Counted from the stretch's first letter, positions 41,418 through 51,550 are shown. The stretch: 64,000 nucleotides of DNA from an uncultured candidatus Porisulfidus sp. (GCA_965204575.1 OZ241993.1:544001-608000); one strand, 5' to 3'. Made by a program: numbers and translations. Notes: generated from the letters alone by a model not told the origin.

Positions 41418-41549
41418 TCAGACTTCCTTGACATAGGGTTTGCCTTTCTTATCCGTCCGCATCACGAACTTCCATTCAAGGTCTTTCATCGTGGGCGTGG
41501 CGTGAAAATCACAGCCTTTGTTGAATGGTGGGTCAGTGCGATAAAAGGC
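41418..41549 (-). pseudogene. Relic of an amino-DNA methyltransferase gene
   Basis: Startless frame ...TDPPFNKGCDFHATPTMKDLEWKFVMRTDKKGKPYVKEV* containing catalytic motif IV (DPPF). Confidence 0.55.
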
Positions 41550-41607
41550 CTATAGAAAATATAGCGTTAATTTTGTTAACTAAAGTAGATGATTCCCAAA
41601 AAAAGGT

Positions 41608-42279
41608 CTATAACATGTATTCTTTCAGGAGATCCGGTAATTGCCCTATTGTCAAAGCATGACTTTTAGGTGCTTGTGATCTCTGATGACTTTGCAGATC
41701 ACGCAGTCTCTTGGCATTGTTTTCTTGATAGTATTCTCCATCCACAATTACAGCTAGCACCAACTTTTCATCCCTGCAATGCAGGAACCGTTTCATCAAT
41801 TCAACCATTTCCTGGTATTGGCTATCCTGGTTTCCTCCCCCTTCCTTGGTGTATTTATGCATGGCATAGAATGTAGCATTCTCGGTTTTCCACCGAAAAT
41901 CCAAACTTTTCCCGGGAAGATTCGGCATCTGCTTGAGTTGTACAACATTGCCATCACTACTTACCTTGAAAGCGTTTTTCCCACTTTTAGGTAGCGTTTT
42001 GAATTTCTCTACCCCAGGCAAGGCCTCAATCCACTTGGCAGCTTCTTTCTCATGTACGCCCATCCGCCTTGGCTCTTTGGCAAAATGGGCCGCGAACATG
42101 GGGTCTTGCTTGATTTTGTCTAACACATCCTCTGTGGGGTACCCAAATCGACTTACAAAAGTATCTACACGCTTAAGTAACCGATCATCTTTCCTATATG
42201 CTTCTTGAACCACCTTCTGATTAAACAATCTCCAATATTGTTCTTCGATTGCGTCATAATCAGGAGGGTCAACCGACAT
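41608..42279 (-). CDS. Putative restriction endonuclease (PD-(D/E)xK-like)
   Basis: KSLDF...HKYTKEGGGNQDSQY...IVDGEYY; overlaps the MTase stop; AT-rich. Confidence 0.6.
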   Translation of the reverse strand: MSVDPPDYDAIEEQYWRLFNQKVVQEAYRKDDRLLKRVDTFVSRFGYPTEDVLDKIKQDPMFAAHFAKEPRRMGVHEKEAAKWIEALPGVEKFKTLPKSGKNAFKVSSDGNVVQLKQMPNLPGKSLDFRWKTENATFYAMHKYTKEGGGNQDSQYQEMVELMKRFLHCRDEKLVLAVIVDGEYYQENNAKRLRDLQSHQRSQAPKSHALTIGQLPDLLKEYML

Positions 42280-43201
42280 GGTGGATAATTCCACGCGCCA
42301 ATGCCCAATCGCACCGCCTACGATATTTCCCGTCCTTCCTGATGCCCTTGTAGCAGGTCATCAGGACATCTTGCGTTTTTCCTCTGATCTCTGCTAGTAA
42401 CCTGTTCCACTCTCGAATTTTTACATCACCAACATTTAACTTCGTTATGTGTCTTCCGGTGGGCTTGACCTCGTAATCAGCCAATTCCCCAACATCGCAG
42501 AATCTTATGGAAGCCTCTTTGGTGTTGTCTAACGCAATCAAACCTACATTCCCGTCAGGATCATTAAATCGGACAGGAACTCCATCCTGCTGAGGTGTTG
42601 GCTTAATCTTTTGGAGGACGGACAACAACCCGACCCGTTTAGTACCAGACCACACTTCTACATCACACACCGAATCGGGAACAAACAATGCCAGCCCGAC
42701 AGGATGTTGTGTCTCGGAAAACATCTTTACTGTAAGAGAGACAAATGACTCTAGTCTGTCTTGAAAGAGGTTGGCCGTGATAAAAGATTCTGGAACCAGC
42801 GCGGCAACATAAGGGCAATTATCGAGACATTTCGCCAAAGCGTATTTATAGAGATCATCATACGGACAATCGGGGAAATCCAGCCCGCGAACTGTTGCAC
42901 TATTCTTGGCCAGCCACGGCGGATTCGTTACGCAAAGGTCGTAGCCTTTGGGAAACCTTTTCAAGGTGTCCCGTTCTTTCACTGCCACCGCACCGGGTGC
43001 TATGTCATATGAATCGGACTGCTGGCACAGCCCCATCTCAGACAACATTTCAATCAGGCTGTTCGATCCAGCGAACGGCTCGAGTATATGAGTATTAGGG
43101 AGGCCCGCACGGGTTGCCCATTCCGAAAAAGGCGGAGCAGAAAATGGGTTCCCGGAAGTGTAGTAGCAACCCATTCCCCGCTTTAGGTCTGGGAGAGTCA
43201 T
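42269..43201 (-). CDS. Small amino (N6A/N4C) DNA methyltransferase
   Basis: GCYYT (motif X), ILEPFAGS (motif I), TNPPW (motif IV), DLY. Confidence 0.75.
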   Translation of the reverse strand: MTLPDLKRGMGCYYTSGNPFSAPPFSEWATRAGLPNTHILEPFAGSNSLIEMLSEMGLCQQSDSYDIAPGAVAVKERDTLKRFPKGYDLCVTNPPWLAKNSATVRGLDFPDCPYDDLYKYALAKCLDNCPYVAALVPESFITANLFQDRLESFVSLTVKMFSETQHPVGLALFVPDSVCDVEVWSGTKRVGLLSVLQKIKPTPQQDGVPVRFNDPDGNVGLIALDNTKEASIRFCDVGELADYEVKPTGRHITKLNVGDVKIREWNRLLAEIRGKTQDVLMTCYKGIRKDGKYRRRCDWALARGIIHHVG

Positions 43202-43419
43202 CCTGCAAATGTTAGCATATTTCGGTAGGCTAACTTTGTATATGTGGTATTTTAATATAGAAATGTCAATAATTTCCACTACATACAGTATACTCTCCGC
43301 CACCTTACCAAAGCATTGTTTGCTCTCTGTCAACTAAAGTATGTAATTCCCTCGAATTTGGTGAAATCCCCGCTCTGTGGCATATTACGCGCCTAGCGGG
43401 CTGGCGACGGGTGCTTTTG

Positions 43420-43459
43420 AAAAGCCGCCTGCCCCTATGGCCGCTCCGGCGGCTTTTTT
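43420..43459 (+). terminator. Terminator-like hairpin in the sga leader
   Basis: AAAAGCCGCC...GGCGGCTTTTTT, ending about 65 nt before the sga ATG. Confidence 0.5.
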
Positions 43460-43523
43460 GTGACGGCGCGGGTGCTGTGGTGCCCGGCGTTCGTCTTTAT
43501 CCATCAACGAAAAGGACTTTCTT

Positions 43524-44804
43524 ATGCCCGCTGAAAAACTTGTCTTTCCTGGCCGCAACTATCTCTACGCGCCAGGACCCACGCATATCCCGGTCGAGGT
43601 TCAGAACGCCATGGTCGTCCCGATGGAGGATCATCGGGCGCCCGATTTCCCCCAGCTGGTCAAACCCCTCCTGCGCGACCTGAACAAGATCTTCAAGACC
43701 CGCACCGGCAAAAGTTTCATCTTTCCCGCCACCGGCACGGCCGGCTGGGAAGTGGCCCTGACCAACACCCTGTCGCCCGGCGACCGCGTCCTGACTGCCC
43801 GTTTCGGGCAGTTTTCGCATCTGTGGGCGGACCTGGCCGCGCGCATGGGCCTGGATGTGGAACTGGTGCAGGTGAAGTGGGGCGAAGGCGTGCCGCTGAA
43901 GCAGTTCGAGCAGATCCTGAGAAAAGACAAGGAGCATAAGATCAAGGCAGTGCTGGCCTGCCACAACGAGACCGCGACCGGGGTGACCAGCAACATCGCG
44001 GGCCTGCGCCGGGCCATGGACCGGGCCAAGCACCCGGCCATGCTGATGGTCGACGGCGTCAGCTCCATCGCGAGCATCGACTTCCGCATGGACGAATGGA
44101 AGGTCGACGTGGCCGTGTCCGGTTCGCAGAAGGGCTTCATGCTGCCGGCCGGCATGGCGCTGGTGTGCTTCTCGCGCCGCGCACTGACGGCAGCCAAGAC
44201 CGCCAAGTGCAGGCGTTGCTTCCTGGACATCGCCGATCACATCGCGACCAACAAGGACGGATTCTTCCCGTACACCCCCTCGGCACCGATGCTGCGCGGC
44301 CTGCGCGCCTCCATCGACCTGTTGCTCGGGGAAGGCCTGGAGAACGTGTTCCAGCGCCACCACCGGCTGGCCGAAGGCGTGCGCCGGGCCATTGGCGGAT
44401 GGGGCCTGGACCTGTGCGCGGCCGAGCCGAAGTGGTATTCCGACACGGTATCGGCCATCAAGGTCCCGAGAAACGTCAATGCTGCCGAAGTGATCCACAT
44501 CGCCTACCACCGCTACAACATCTCGCTGGGCGCCGGCCTGTCCGAGGTCGCCGGCAAGGTGTTCCGAATCGGCCATCTGGGCGACAACAACGAAGTGCGC
44601 ATGATGGCGGCCCTCGGCGGCGTCGAGATGGCGATGCGCGACGCCGGCATGAAGGTGCGCCCGGGTTCGGGCGTGGCCAAGGCGGTCGAGTACTACTGCG
44701 ACACCGCGAAGGGCAAGAAGAAGATCCCTGCATTCGGTGCCGCCAAAGGCCCCCGCGAGACCGCGGCCAAGAAGAAAGCGGCGCCCAGGCGCAAGAAGAA
44801 GTAA
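43524..44804 (+). CDS. sga: Serine-glyoxylate aminotransferase
   Basis: PGPT, HNETATGV, DGVSS, GSQKG (PLP lysine), FRIGHLG; serine-cycle context. Confidence 0.93.
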   Translation: MPAEKLVFPGRNYLYAPGPTHIPVEVQNAMVVPMEDHRAPDFPQLVKPLLRDLNKIFKTRTGKSFIFPATGTAGWEVALTNTLSPGDRVLTARFGQFSHLWADLAARMGLDVELVQVKWGEGVPLKQFEQILRKDKEHKIKAVLACHNETATGVTSNIAGLRRAMDRAKHPAMLMVDGVSSIASIDFRMDEWKVDVAVSGSQKGFMLPAGMALVCFSRRALTAAKTAKCRRCFLDIADHIATNKDGFFPYTPSAPMLRGLRASIDLLLGEGLENVFQRHHRLAEGVRRAIGGWGLDLCAAEPKWYSDTVSAIKVPRNVNAAEVIHIAYHRYNISLGAGLSEVAGKVFRIGHLGDNNEVRMMAALGGVEMAMRDAGMKVRPGSGVAKAVEYYCDTAKGKKKIPAFGAAKGPRETAAKKKAAPRRKKK

Positions 44805-44814
44805 GAGGTCCTGA

Positions 44815-45756
44815 ATGAGCCACACTCAAGCCACCCCCGCGCCGACCCGCCTGCAGCGCAGCGAACTGGCGGTCCCGGGTTCCAACCCGGCGCTGTTCGA
44901 AAAAGCGCTGAACTCCGAGGTTGACTACGTCTTCCTGGACCTGGAGGACGCGGTCGCGCCGGGCGACAAGGAGCAGGCCCGGATCAATGTCATCCAGGCC
45001 CTGCTTGACCTGGACTGGCGAGGGGCGGGAAAAACCATCTCGGTTCGGATCAACGGACTCGACACTCACTACATGTACCGCGACGTCGTGGACCTGATGG
45101 AACAGGCGGGAGACCGTCTGGACACGATCCTGATTCCGAAAGTCGGAGTGCCGTCGGACGTCTACATGGTTGAGGCGATGGTGAACCAGATCGAACAGGG
45201 GAAAGGCTTCGAGACCCGGGTCGGCCTGGAAGCCCTGATCGAAACGGCTCTCGGCATGGCCAACGTCGAGGCGATCGCCGCCTACGGCGGACGCCTGGAG
45301 GCCCTGCACTTCGGGGTGGCGGACTACGCCGCTTCCAACCGCGCGCGCACGGTCAACATCGGCGGGCTCAATCCCGACTACCCGGGAGACCAGTGGCACT
45401 TCGCCCTGTCCCGCATGACGGTGGCCTGCCGGGCGTACGGCCTGCGGGCGATCGACGGGCCGTTCGGCGACTTCAAGGATCCGGATGGCTACCGCGCGGC
45501 CGCGCGCCGCGCCGCTGCGCTCGGGATCGAGGGCAAGTGGGCGATCCATCCGTCCCAGATCGAACTGGCCAACGAGATCTTCTCTCCGCCGAAGGCGGAA
45601 GTGGACCGGGCCCGGCGGATCCTGAAGGAACTGGAGATTGCGGCGGCGGAAGGCCGGGGCGCGGCTGCCGTCGACGGCAAGATGATCGATGCGGCATCGG
45701 CCCGGATGGCCGAGAATGTGGTGCGTTTGGCGGAAGCAATCGCCGCACGCAGCTGA
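44815..45756 (+). CDS. mcl: Malyl-CoA lyase (CitE family)
   Basis: RLQRSELAVPGSNP, FLDLEDAVAP, THYMYRDV, EGKWAIHPSQ. Confidence 0.92.
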   Translation: MSHTQATPAPTRLQRSELAVPGSNPALFEKALNSEVDYVFLDLEDAVAPGDKEQARINVIQALLDLDWRGAGKTISVRINGLDTHYMYRDVVDLMEQAGDRLDTILIPKVGVPSDVYMVEAMVNQIEQGKGFETRVGLEALIETALGMANVEAIAAYGGRLEALHFGVADYAASNRARTVNIGGLNPDYPGDQWHFALSRMTVACRAYGLRAIDGPFGDFKDPDGYRAAARRAAALGIEGKWAIHPSQIELANEIFSPPKAEVDRARRILKELEIAAAEGRGAAAVDGKMIDAASARMAENVVRLAEAIAARS

Positions 45757-45772
45757 AACGAGGACAAACAAC

Positions 45773-46945
45773 ATGCATATACACGAATACCAGGCCAAGG
45801 AAGTCCTGGCCAACTACGGGATTCAGATCCAGCCGGGGACCCTGGTGTACAGCCCCGATCAGGCGGTCGCGGCCTACAACTCCCAGGGATCCGCGGTGTG
45901 CGCGGTCAAGGCGCAGATTCATTCCGGTGCCCGCGGCAAGGCCGGGGGCATCCGCCTGTGCCGGAGCAACGACGAGGTGCGCCGTGCCGCCGACGAGATG
46001 CTCGGCGAGAAGCTGGTGACCCACCAGACCGGTTCGAGCGGCAAGCTGGTGCAGAAACTGTACGTCGAGGCCGGGGTCGACATCGACCGCGAAATCTACC
46101 TCGCGTTCGTGCTGGACCGGGCCAAGCAGCGGCACGTCGCCGTGGCTTCCGCCGAGGGCGGCATGGAGATCGAGCAGCTGGCCCAGGAGAAGCCGGACAG
46201 CATCCTGCGCATCAGCATCGACCCGGCTTCCGGCATGCGCCACTTCCAGGCGCAGGAACTCGCTTTCGGGCTGGGCCTGGGAGCCGATCTGGTCAAGCAG
46301 GCGGTGGCCACGTTCCGCGGCCTGTACAAGGCGATGATCGAACTGGATGCCAGCATGGTCGAGATCAATCCATTGGTGGTGACCCGGGACCGTCGCCTGA
46401 TCGCGCTGGACGCCAAGATGGAATTCGACGACAACGCGCTGTTCCGCCACCGCGAGGTGGCCGAGTTGCGCGACATGTCGCAGGAGGACCCGCGCGAGAC
46501 CGCGGCCTCCGACCACGACCTCAGCTACGTGGGACTGGATGGCGACATCGGCTGCATGATCAACGGGGCCGGGCTGGCCATGGCCACCATGGACATGATC
46601 AAGCTGTCCGGAGGCGAGCCGGCCAACTTCCTCGACATCGGCGGCGGCGCGTCGCCGGAGCGGGTGGCCAAGGCGTTCGAGCTGGTGCTGCAGGACGGCA
46701 ACGTCAAGGCCATGCTGGTCAACATCTTTGCCGGAATCAACCGCTGCGACTGGATCGCCGAAGGCCTGATCAAGGCACTCGGCGTGGTCGATCTCGGCGT
46801 GCCCCTGGTGGTGCGCCTGTCCGGCACCAATGTGGAGGAAGGCACCCAGATGCTGGTCGACAGCGGATTGCCCATCATCATGGCCGACACGCTGGCCGAT
46901 GCCGCCCAGAAGGCGGTGGCGGCCGCACGGGAACAGGGAGAGTGA
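45773..46945 (+). CDS. mtkA: Malate-CoA ligase (malate thiokinase) beta subunit
   Basis: HEYQAKE, NGAGLAMATMD, NIFAGINRCDW (Mtk-type rather than SucC GGIMRC); located next to mcl. Confidence 0.9.
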   Translation: MHIHEYQAKEVLANYGIQIQPGTLVYSPDQAVAAYNSQGSAVCAVKAQIHSGARGKAGGIRLCRSNDEVRRAADEMLGEKLVTHQTGSSGKLVQKLYVEAGVDIDREIYLAFVLDRAKQRHVAVASAEGGMEIEQLAQEKPDSILRISIDPASGMRHFQAQELAFGLGLGADLVKQAVATFRGLYKAMIELDASMVEINPLVVTRDRRLIALDAKMEFDDNALFRHREVAELRDMSQEDPRETAASDHDLSYVGLDGDIGCMINGAGLAMATMDMIKLSGGEPANFLDIGGGASPERVAKAFELVLQDGNVKAMLVNIFAGINRCDWIAEGLIKALGVVDLGVPLVVRLSGTNVEEGTQMLVDSGLPIIMADTLADAAQKAVAAAREQGE

Positions 46946-46949
46946 CACG

Positions 46950-47837
46950 ATGTCGATTCTGATCAACAAAGACACCAAGATCCTGATCCAGGGCTTCACC
47001 GGCCGGATCGGAACCTTTCATGCCAAGGAGATGCTGGAATACGGCAGCAACGTGGTCGGGGGCGTCACGCCGGGGAAAGGGGGACAGGCGCACCTGAACC
47101 TGCCGGTGTTCAACACCATCAAGGAAGCGGTGGAAGCGACCGGCGCAACGGCCAGCATCGTATTCGTGCCTGCCGCCGCGGCCGCCGACTCGATCATGGA
47201 GGCCGCCGACGGCGGCATCAAGTATTGCGTGGCGATCACCGACGGCATCCCGGCCCAGGACATGATTCGCGTCAAGCGCTTCATGCTGCGCTACCCGAAG
47301 GAGCGCAAGATGATCCTGACCGGGCCCAACTGCGCGGGTTCCATCACGCCGGGCGAAGCGATGCTCGGCATCATGCCGGGCCATATCTACGAGCCGGGCC
47401 GGGTCGGCGTGGTCGGACGTTCCGGCACGTTGGGCTACGAGGCCGCCTCGCAGATGAAGGCCGAAGGCATCGGCATCTCGACCAGCATCGGGATCGGCGG
47501 CGATCCGATCAACGGCAGTTCGCACCGCGACATCCTGGAGTTGTTCGAACAGGACCCCGACACGGACGCGGTCATGATCATCGGCGAGATCGGAGGGCCG
47601 CAGGAAGCCGAAGCGGCGGCATTCGCGCGCGACCACATGAACAAGCCGGTCGCGGCCTACGTGGCCGGGCTGACGGCGCCGAAGGGACGGCGCATGGGCC
47701 ATGCCGGGGCCATCATTTCCGGGAAAGGCGAGAGCGCCTCGGAGAAAGTCGAAATCTTCCAGGAAGCCGGCGTGGCAATCGTGCCGAACCCTTCCGAATT
47801 CGGCACCACCATGAAAGACGTTGTATCAAAGCTCTGA
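46950..47837 (+). CDS. mtkB: Malate-CoA ligase alpha subunit
   Basis: QGFTG, GPNC, RSGTLGYE, RMGHAGA; follows mtkA. Confidence 0.88.
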   Translation: MSILINKDTKILIQGFTGRIGTFHAKEMLEYGSNVVGGVTPGKGGQAHLNLPVFNTIKEAVEATGATASIVFVPAAAAADSIMEAADGGIKYCVAITDGIPAQDMIRVKRFMLRYPKERKMILTGPNCAGSITPGEAMLGIMPGHIYEPGRVGVVGRSGTLGYEAASQMKAEGIGISTSIGIGGDPINGSSHRDILELFEQDPDTDAVMIIGEIGGPQEAEAAAFARDHMNKPVAAYVAGLTAPKGRRMGHAGAIISGKGESASEKVEIFQEAGVAIVPNPSEFGTTMKDVVSKL

Positions 47838-47846
47838 GGAGGCTGC

Positions 47847-48818
47847 ATGTCCAAACCCAAAGTCATTGCCACGCGCCGCTGGCCGGAGCCGGTCGAGGCG
47901 CACCTGTTCGAGCACTACGACTTCACGCTCAACGAGGACGACCACCCGATGGGCGTGGACGAGTTGCACCAGGCTCTGCGCGAGTACGATGCGGTTTGCC
48001 CGACCGTGACGGACCCGATCACCGCCGAGGTGCTCGGCATCGACGGCATCCGCGCGAAAATCCTGGGCAATTTCGGCGTGGGCTTCAACCATATCGACTT
48101 GGACGCGGCCAAGCAGGCCGGCCTCGTGGTGACCAATACGCCGGAAGTTTTAACCGACTGTACCGCCGATATCGCCATGAATCTGTTGCTGACCGCCGCC
48201 CGCCGCACCGGCGAAGGCGAACGGCACCTGCGCGCCGGGGAATGGGCCGGTTGGCGCCCGACCCACATGCTGGCGACCAAGGTCACCGGCAAGACCCTGG
48301 GTTGCGTCGGTTTCGGTCGCATCGCCCAGGCCATGGCCCAGCGCTGCCATCTCGGTTTTGGCATGAAGGTGATCTTCCACGACCCGTACCCGCCGAAGCC
48401 GGAAATCGTGGAAAAATTCCAGGCGACTGCCTGCGATTCGGTCGAGGAAGTGCTGGAGAAGGCGGATTTCGTGTCCCTGCATTGCCCGGGTGGCGAATCG
48501 ACCTATCACCTGATCAACGATGAGCGCCTGGCCCGGATGAAGTCTTCCGCCATACTGGTCAATTCCGCCCGAGGCGACATCATCGACAATCAGGCCCTGA
48601 TCAAGGCGTTGAAGAATGGCACCATCGCGGGGGCCGGGCTCGACGTCTTCGAAGGCGAACCCAAGCTCGACCCGGGATTCCTGGATCTCGAGAATGCGGT
48701 TCTGGTGCCGCACCTCGGAAGCGCGTCGACCGAGACCCGGATCGCCATGGGCATGCGGGTGGTCGAGAACCTGGATATGTTCTTTTCCGACCAGGAGCCG
48801 CGCGACCGCGTCGCCTGA
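47847..48818 (+). CDS. D-glycerate dehydrogenase / hydroxypyruvate-glyoxylate reductase (D-2-hydroxyacid dehydrogenase family)
   Basis: NTPEVLT, GFGRIA, NSARG, GLDVFEGEP, PHLGSA. Confidence 0.88.
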   Translation: MSKPKVIATRRWPEPVEAHLFEHYDFTLNEDDHPMGVDELHQALREYDAVCPTVTDPITAEVLGIDGIRAKILGNFGVGFNHIDLDAAKQAGLVVTNTPEVLTDCTADIAMNLLLTAARRTGEGERHLRAGEWAGWRPTHMLATKVTGKTLGCVGFGRIAQAMAQRCHLGFGMKVIFHDPYPPKPEIVEKFQATACDSVEEVLEKADFVSLHCPGGESTYHLINDERLARMKSSAILVNSARGDIIDNQALIKALKNGTIAGAGLDVFEGEPKLDPGFLDLENAVLVPHLGSASTETRIAMGMRVVENLDMFFSDQEPRDRVA

Positions 48819-48847
48819 GCACCCGCTCCGGGATCGGCCCCGCCTGC

Positions 48848-51550
48848 ATGCCGTCCGACGTCGCCGCTTCTGCCGATCGCCCGGAAGACCGCATACGCGC
48901 CGACACCCTGCGCTATACCGAGAGTATGGTCCAGCAGCTGGGCGGGTTGCTGCTGGGAGTCATTCGTCGCCGCACCCCGGAAATTGTCCCGCTTCTTGAA
49001 AGCCGAGGGGAGATAACCTCGGAGACCCGATTGCGGGTTCTCCAGGCCTACGGGATCGGCTTCCAACTGTTCAATATCGCCGAGCAGAACGCGGCAATCC
49101 GGCATCGCCGGGCAATCGAGGACGAACTCGGGCCGCAGCAGGTCCCCGGTTCTTTTTCTGCCGCGCTCGCGCACGCCCGCGCTGTCGGGCTTGATGCCGA
49201 AGCCGTTCGCGACCGCCTGCGGGGCGCGCAGGTCGTGCCGGTGCTGACGGCGCACCCGACCGAGGCCAAGCGGGTAACGGTACTGGAAATCCACCGACGC
49301 ATCTACGTGCTGCTCAAGGAGCTGGAAGAGACCCGCTACACGGAGCGGGAACGCCAGCGCATGATCGATGCCATCAGCGACGAGATCGACCTGCTGTGGA
49401 TGACCGGAGAAATTCGCCTGACCAAACCCACCGTGACCGAGGAGGTCGCGTGGATCCTGCACTTTTTCGACGAATCGCTTTATCGTGGTGCGCGCGACCT
49501 GTTCTGGCAGTTGTCGCAGGCGCTGAAAGAGCACTATCCCGACACGCAGTTCGAGACGCCACCGCTGCTCCACTTCGGTTGCTGGGTCGGCGGCGACCGC
49601 GACGGCAATCCCCACGTGACGCCCGAGGTGACCCGGGAGGCTCTCGATGGCTACCGGGAAGCGGCGCTGTCGCACCTGTACCGGCAGATGGCCGAGGCCC
49701 GAAGCCGGCTGTCCATCGCCGCCCATGCGGTGACCGTGCCCGGGAACTTCCTGTCGCGGCTGGACGTGATGCTGGGCGGGCAGGAGGACGCCAAGGCGCT
49801 GCGCGCCCGCAATCCCCAGGAAGTATTCCGGCAATACCTGAACCTTTTGATGCGCCGCCTCGAAGCGACTCAAAATGAGGCGCCGGATGGATACGCCAAC
49901 GCGACCGAACTGGTGGAAGACCTGAAGGCCTTGGAGAGAGGCTTGCGCGAAACCGACTGCGGCTCCATCGCCGACTTGCTGGTGCGCCCGCTGCGCCTGG
50001 AAGCGCAAGTGTTCGGCTTCCATACCGTGAGCCTGGACATTCGCGAGAACAGCACCGTGATCAACAACACCCTGTCGGCCCTGTATCGCCAGTTGGAAGG
50101 GGAGGAACCGCCGGAGCCGGGCAGCGAAGCATGGCGGGAATGGCTGAAGCGGCAGATCGCCGAACCCATGGAAACCCTTCCCGAATTTGAACTCGGGGAT
50201 GAGATGGCGCAGCGCACCGTGGCGCTGTTCCAGTTGCTCGGCGAGATCGCGGACCGGCGCGGGATGGAGCCGTTCGGGGCCTTCATCCTGAGCATGACGC
50301 ACACGCCGGCGGATCTGCTCGGGGTGTACCTCTTGGCCAAATACGGCGGGCTGTTTTCCGACCTCAAGAACTGCGAAACCTGCCGCCTGCCGGTGGTGCC
50401 GCTGCTGGAGACGATCGACGACCTGCGCCGGGGACCCGTGCTGCTGCGCGAGATGCTGGATGTCCCGATGGTGCGCCGCAGCGTCCGTGCCGGCCTTGGA
50501 GTCATGGAGGTCATGGTCGGGTATTCCGACTCCAACAAGGACGGCGGATTCCTGTGTTCCAACCATGAAGTGTCGCTGGCTCAGGCTCGAATGCGCCGGG
50601 TGGGCGAGGAGCGTGGCGTGCCGGTGGCGTTCTTCCATGGACGCGGCGGATCTTCGTCACGCGGCGGGATGCCGGCCGGCCGTGCGATTGCCGCCCAGCC
50701 GCCGGGCACCATCGGCGGGCGGATGCGCCTGACCGAACAGGGCGAAGTGGTGTCGGGAAAGTACGCGAACCGCGGCTATGCGGAGACGCAACTGGAGATC
50801 CTGGCGGCCAGTGTGCTGGAACATTCCCTGCCTGGAGACGAGAATCGCCATCCCGGGTTCGAGGAGGCGATGGAGGCCTTGTCGAAGCTGTCGTACACCG
50901 CCTACCGGAAACTGGCCGATCACCCCGGCCTGGTCATGTTCTACCAGGATGCCTCGCCGGTCGAGGAGCTGGCGTTGCTCAAGATCGGCTCCCGCCCGAT
51001 GCGCCGGTTCGGCGCCAATACCCTGGACGACCTGCGTGCCATCCCTTGGGTGTTCGCCTGGACGCAGAACCGGATGATGGTCCCGGGCTGGTACGGGGTG
51101 GGCGACGCCATCGCGGAATTCATCCGGGTGCGGGGCAAGGCGGGCGAAAAACTTTTGCGCGAGATGTTCGAGCAGCACCGCCTGTTCCGGCTGGTGATCG
51201 ACGAGGTGGAGAAGACCCTGTTCCAGGTCCAGCTCGACATTGCGCGGGATTACGCTGCATTGGTTCCAGATCCCGAGGTGGGAGCCGAGATCTTCTCGAT
51301 GATCGAGCAGGAATACGAGCGGACTTGTGAGGCCGTGCTTCGGGTATCTGGCAGCGAGGCCCTGTGCGACCGCTTCGTGATGTTCAGCGACCGCCTGTCG
51401 CGGCGGTTGCCGATTATCGACCGGGTCAGTCGCGAACAGGTCGAACTGATCAAGCTATGCCGGAGCCAAGAGCGTCCGGAGACTTTGGACCTAGTTCCGC
51501 TGCTGCTGTCGATCAACTGCGTGGCGGCCGGGTTGGGCTGGACCGGTTAG
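48848..51550 (+). CDS. ppc: Phosphoenolpyruvate carboxylase
   Basis: VLTAHPTE, GGDRDGNP, GYSDSNKDGG, FHGRGG, LRAIPWVF. Confidence 0.96.
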   Translation: MPSDVAASADRPEDRIRADTLRYTESMVQQLGGLLLGVIRRRTPEIVPLLESRGEITSETRLRVLQAYGIGFQLFNIAEQNAAIRHRRAIEDELGPQQVPGSFSAALAHARAVGLDAEAVRDRLRGAQVVPVLTAHPTEAKRVTVLEIHRRIYVLLKELEETRYTERERQRMIDAISDEIDLLWMTGEIRLTKPTVTEEVAWILHFFDESLYRGARDLFWQLSQALKEHYPDTQFETPPLLHFGCWVGGDRDGNPHVTPEVTREALDGYREAALSHLYRQMAEARSRLSIAAHAVTVPGNFLSRLDVMLGGQEDAKALRARNPQEVFRQYLNLLMRRLEATQNEAPDGYANATELVEDLKALERGLRETDCGSIADLLVRPLRLEAQVFGFHTVSLDIRENSTVINNTLSALYRQLEGEEPPEPGSEAWREWLKRQIAEPMETLPEFELGDEMAQRTVALFQLLGEIADRRGMEPFGAFILSMTHTPADLLGVYLLAKYGGLFSDLKNCETCRLPVVPLLETIDDLRRGPVLLREMLDVPMVRRSVRAGLGVMEVMVGYSDSNKDGGFLCSNHEVSLAQARMRRVGEERGVPVAFFHGRGGSSSRGGMPAGRAIAAQPPGTIGGRMRLTEQGEVVSGKYANRGYAETQLEILAASVLEHSLPGDENRHPGFEEAMEALSKLSYTAYRKLADHPGLVMFYQDASPVEELALLKIGSRPMRRFGANTLDDLRAIPWVFAWTQNRMMVPGWYGVGDAIAEFIRVRGKAGEKLLREMFEQHRLFRLVIDEVEKTLFQVQLDIARDYAALVPDPEVGAEIFSMIEQEYERTCEAVLRVSGSEALCDRFVMFSDRLSRRLPIIDRVSREQVELIKLCRSQERPETLDLVPLLLSINCVAAGLGWTG

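Noticed and set aside
45773-47837. Calling these genes sucCD
   Set aside because: The NIFAGINRCDW signature and the position between mcl and ppc favour malate thiokinase.
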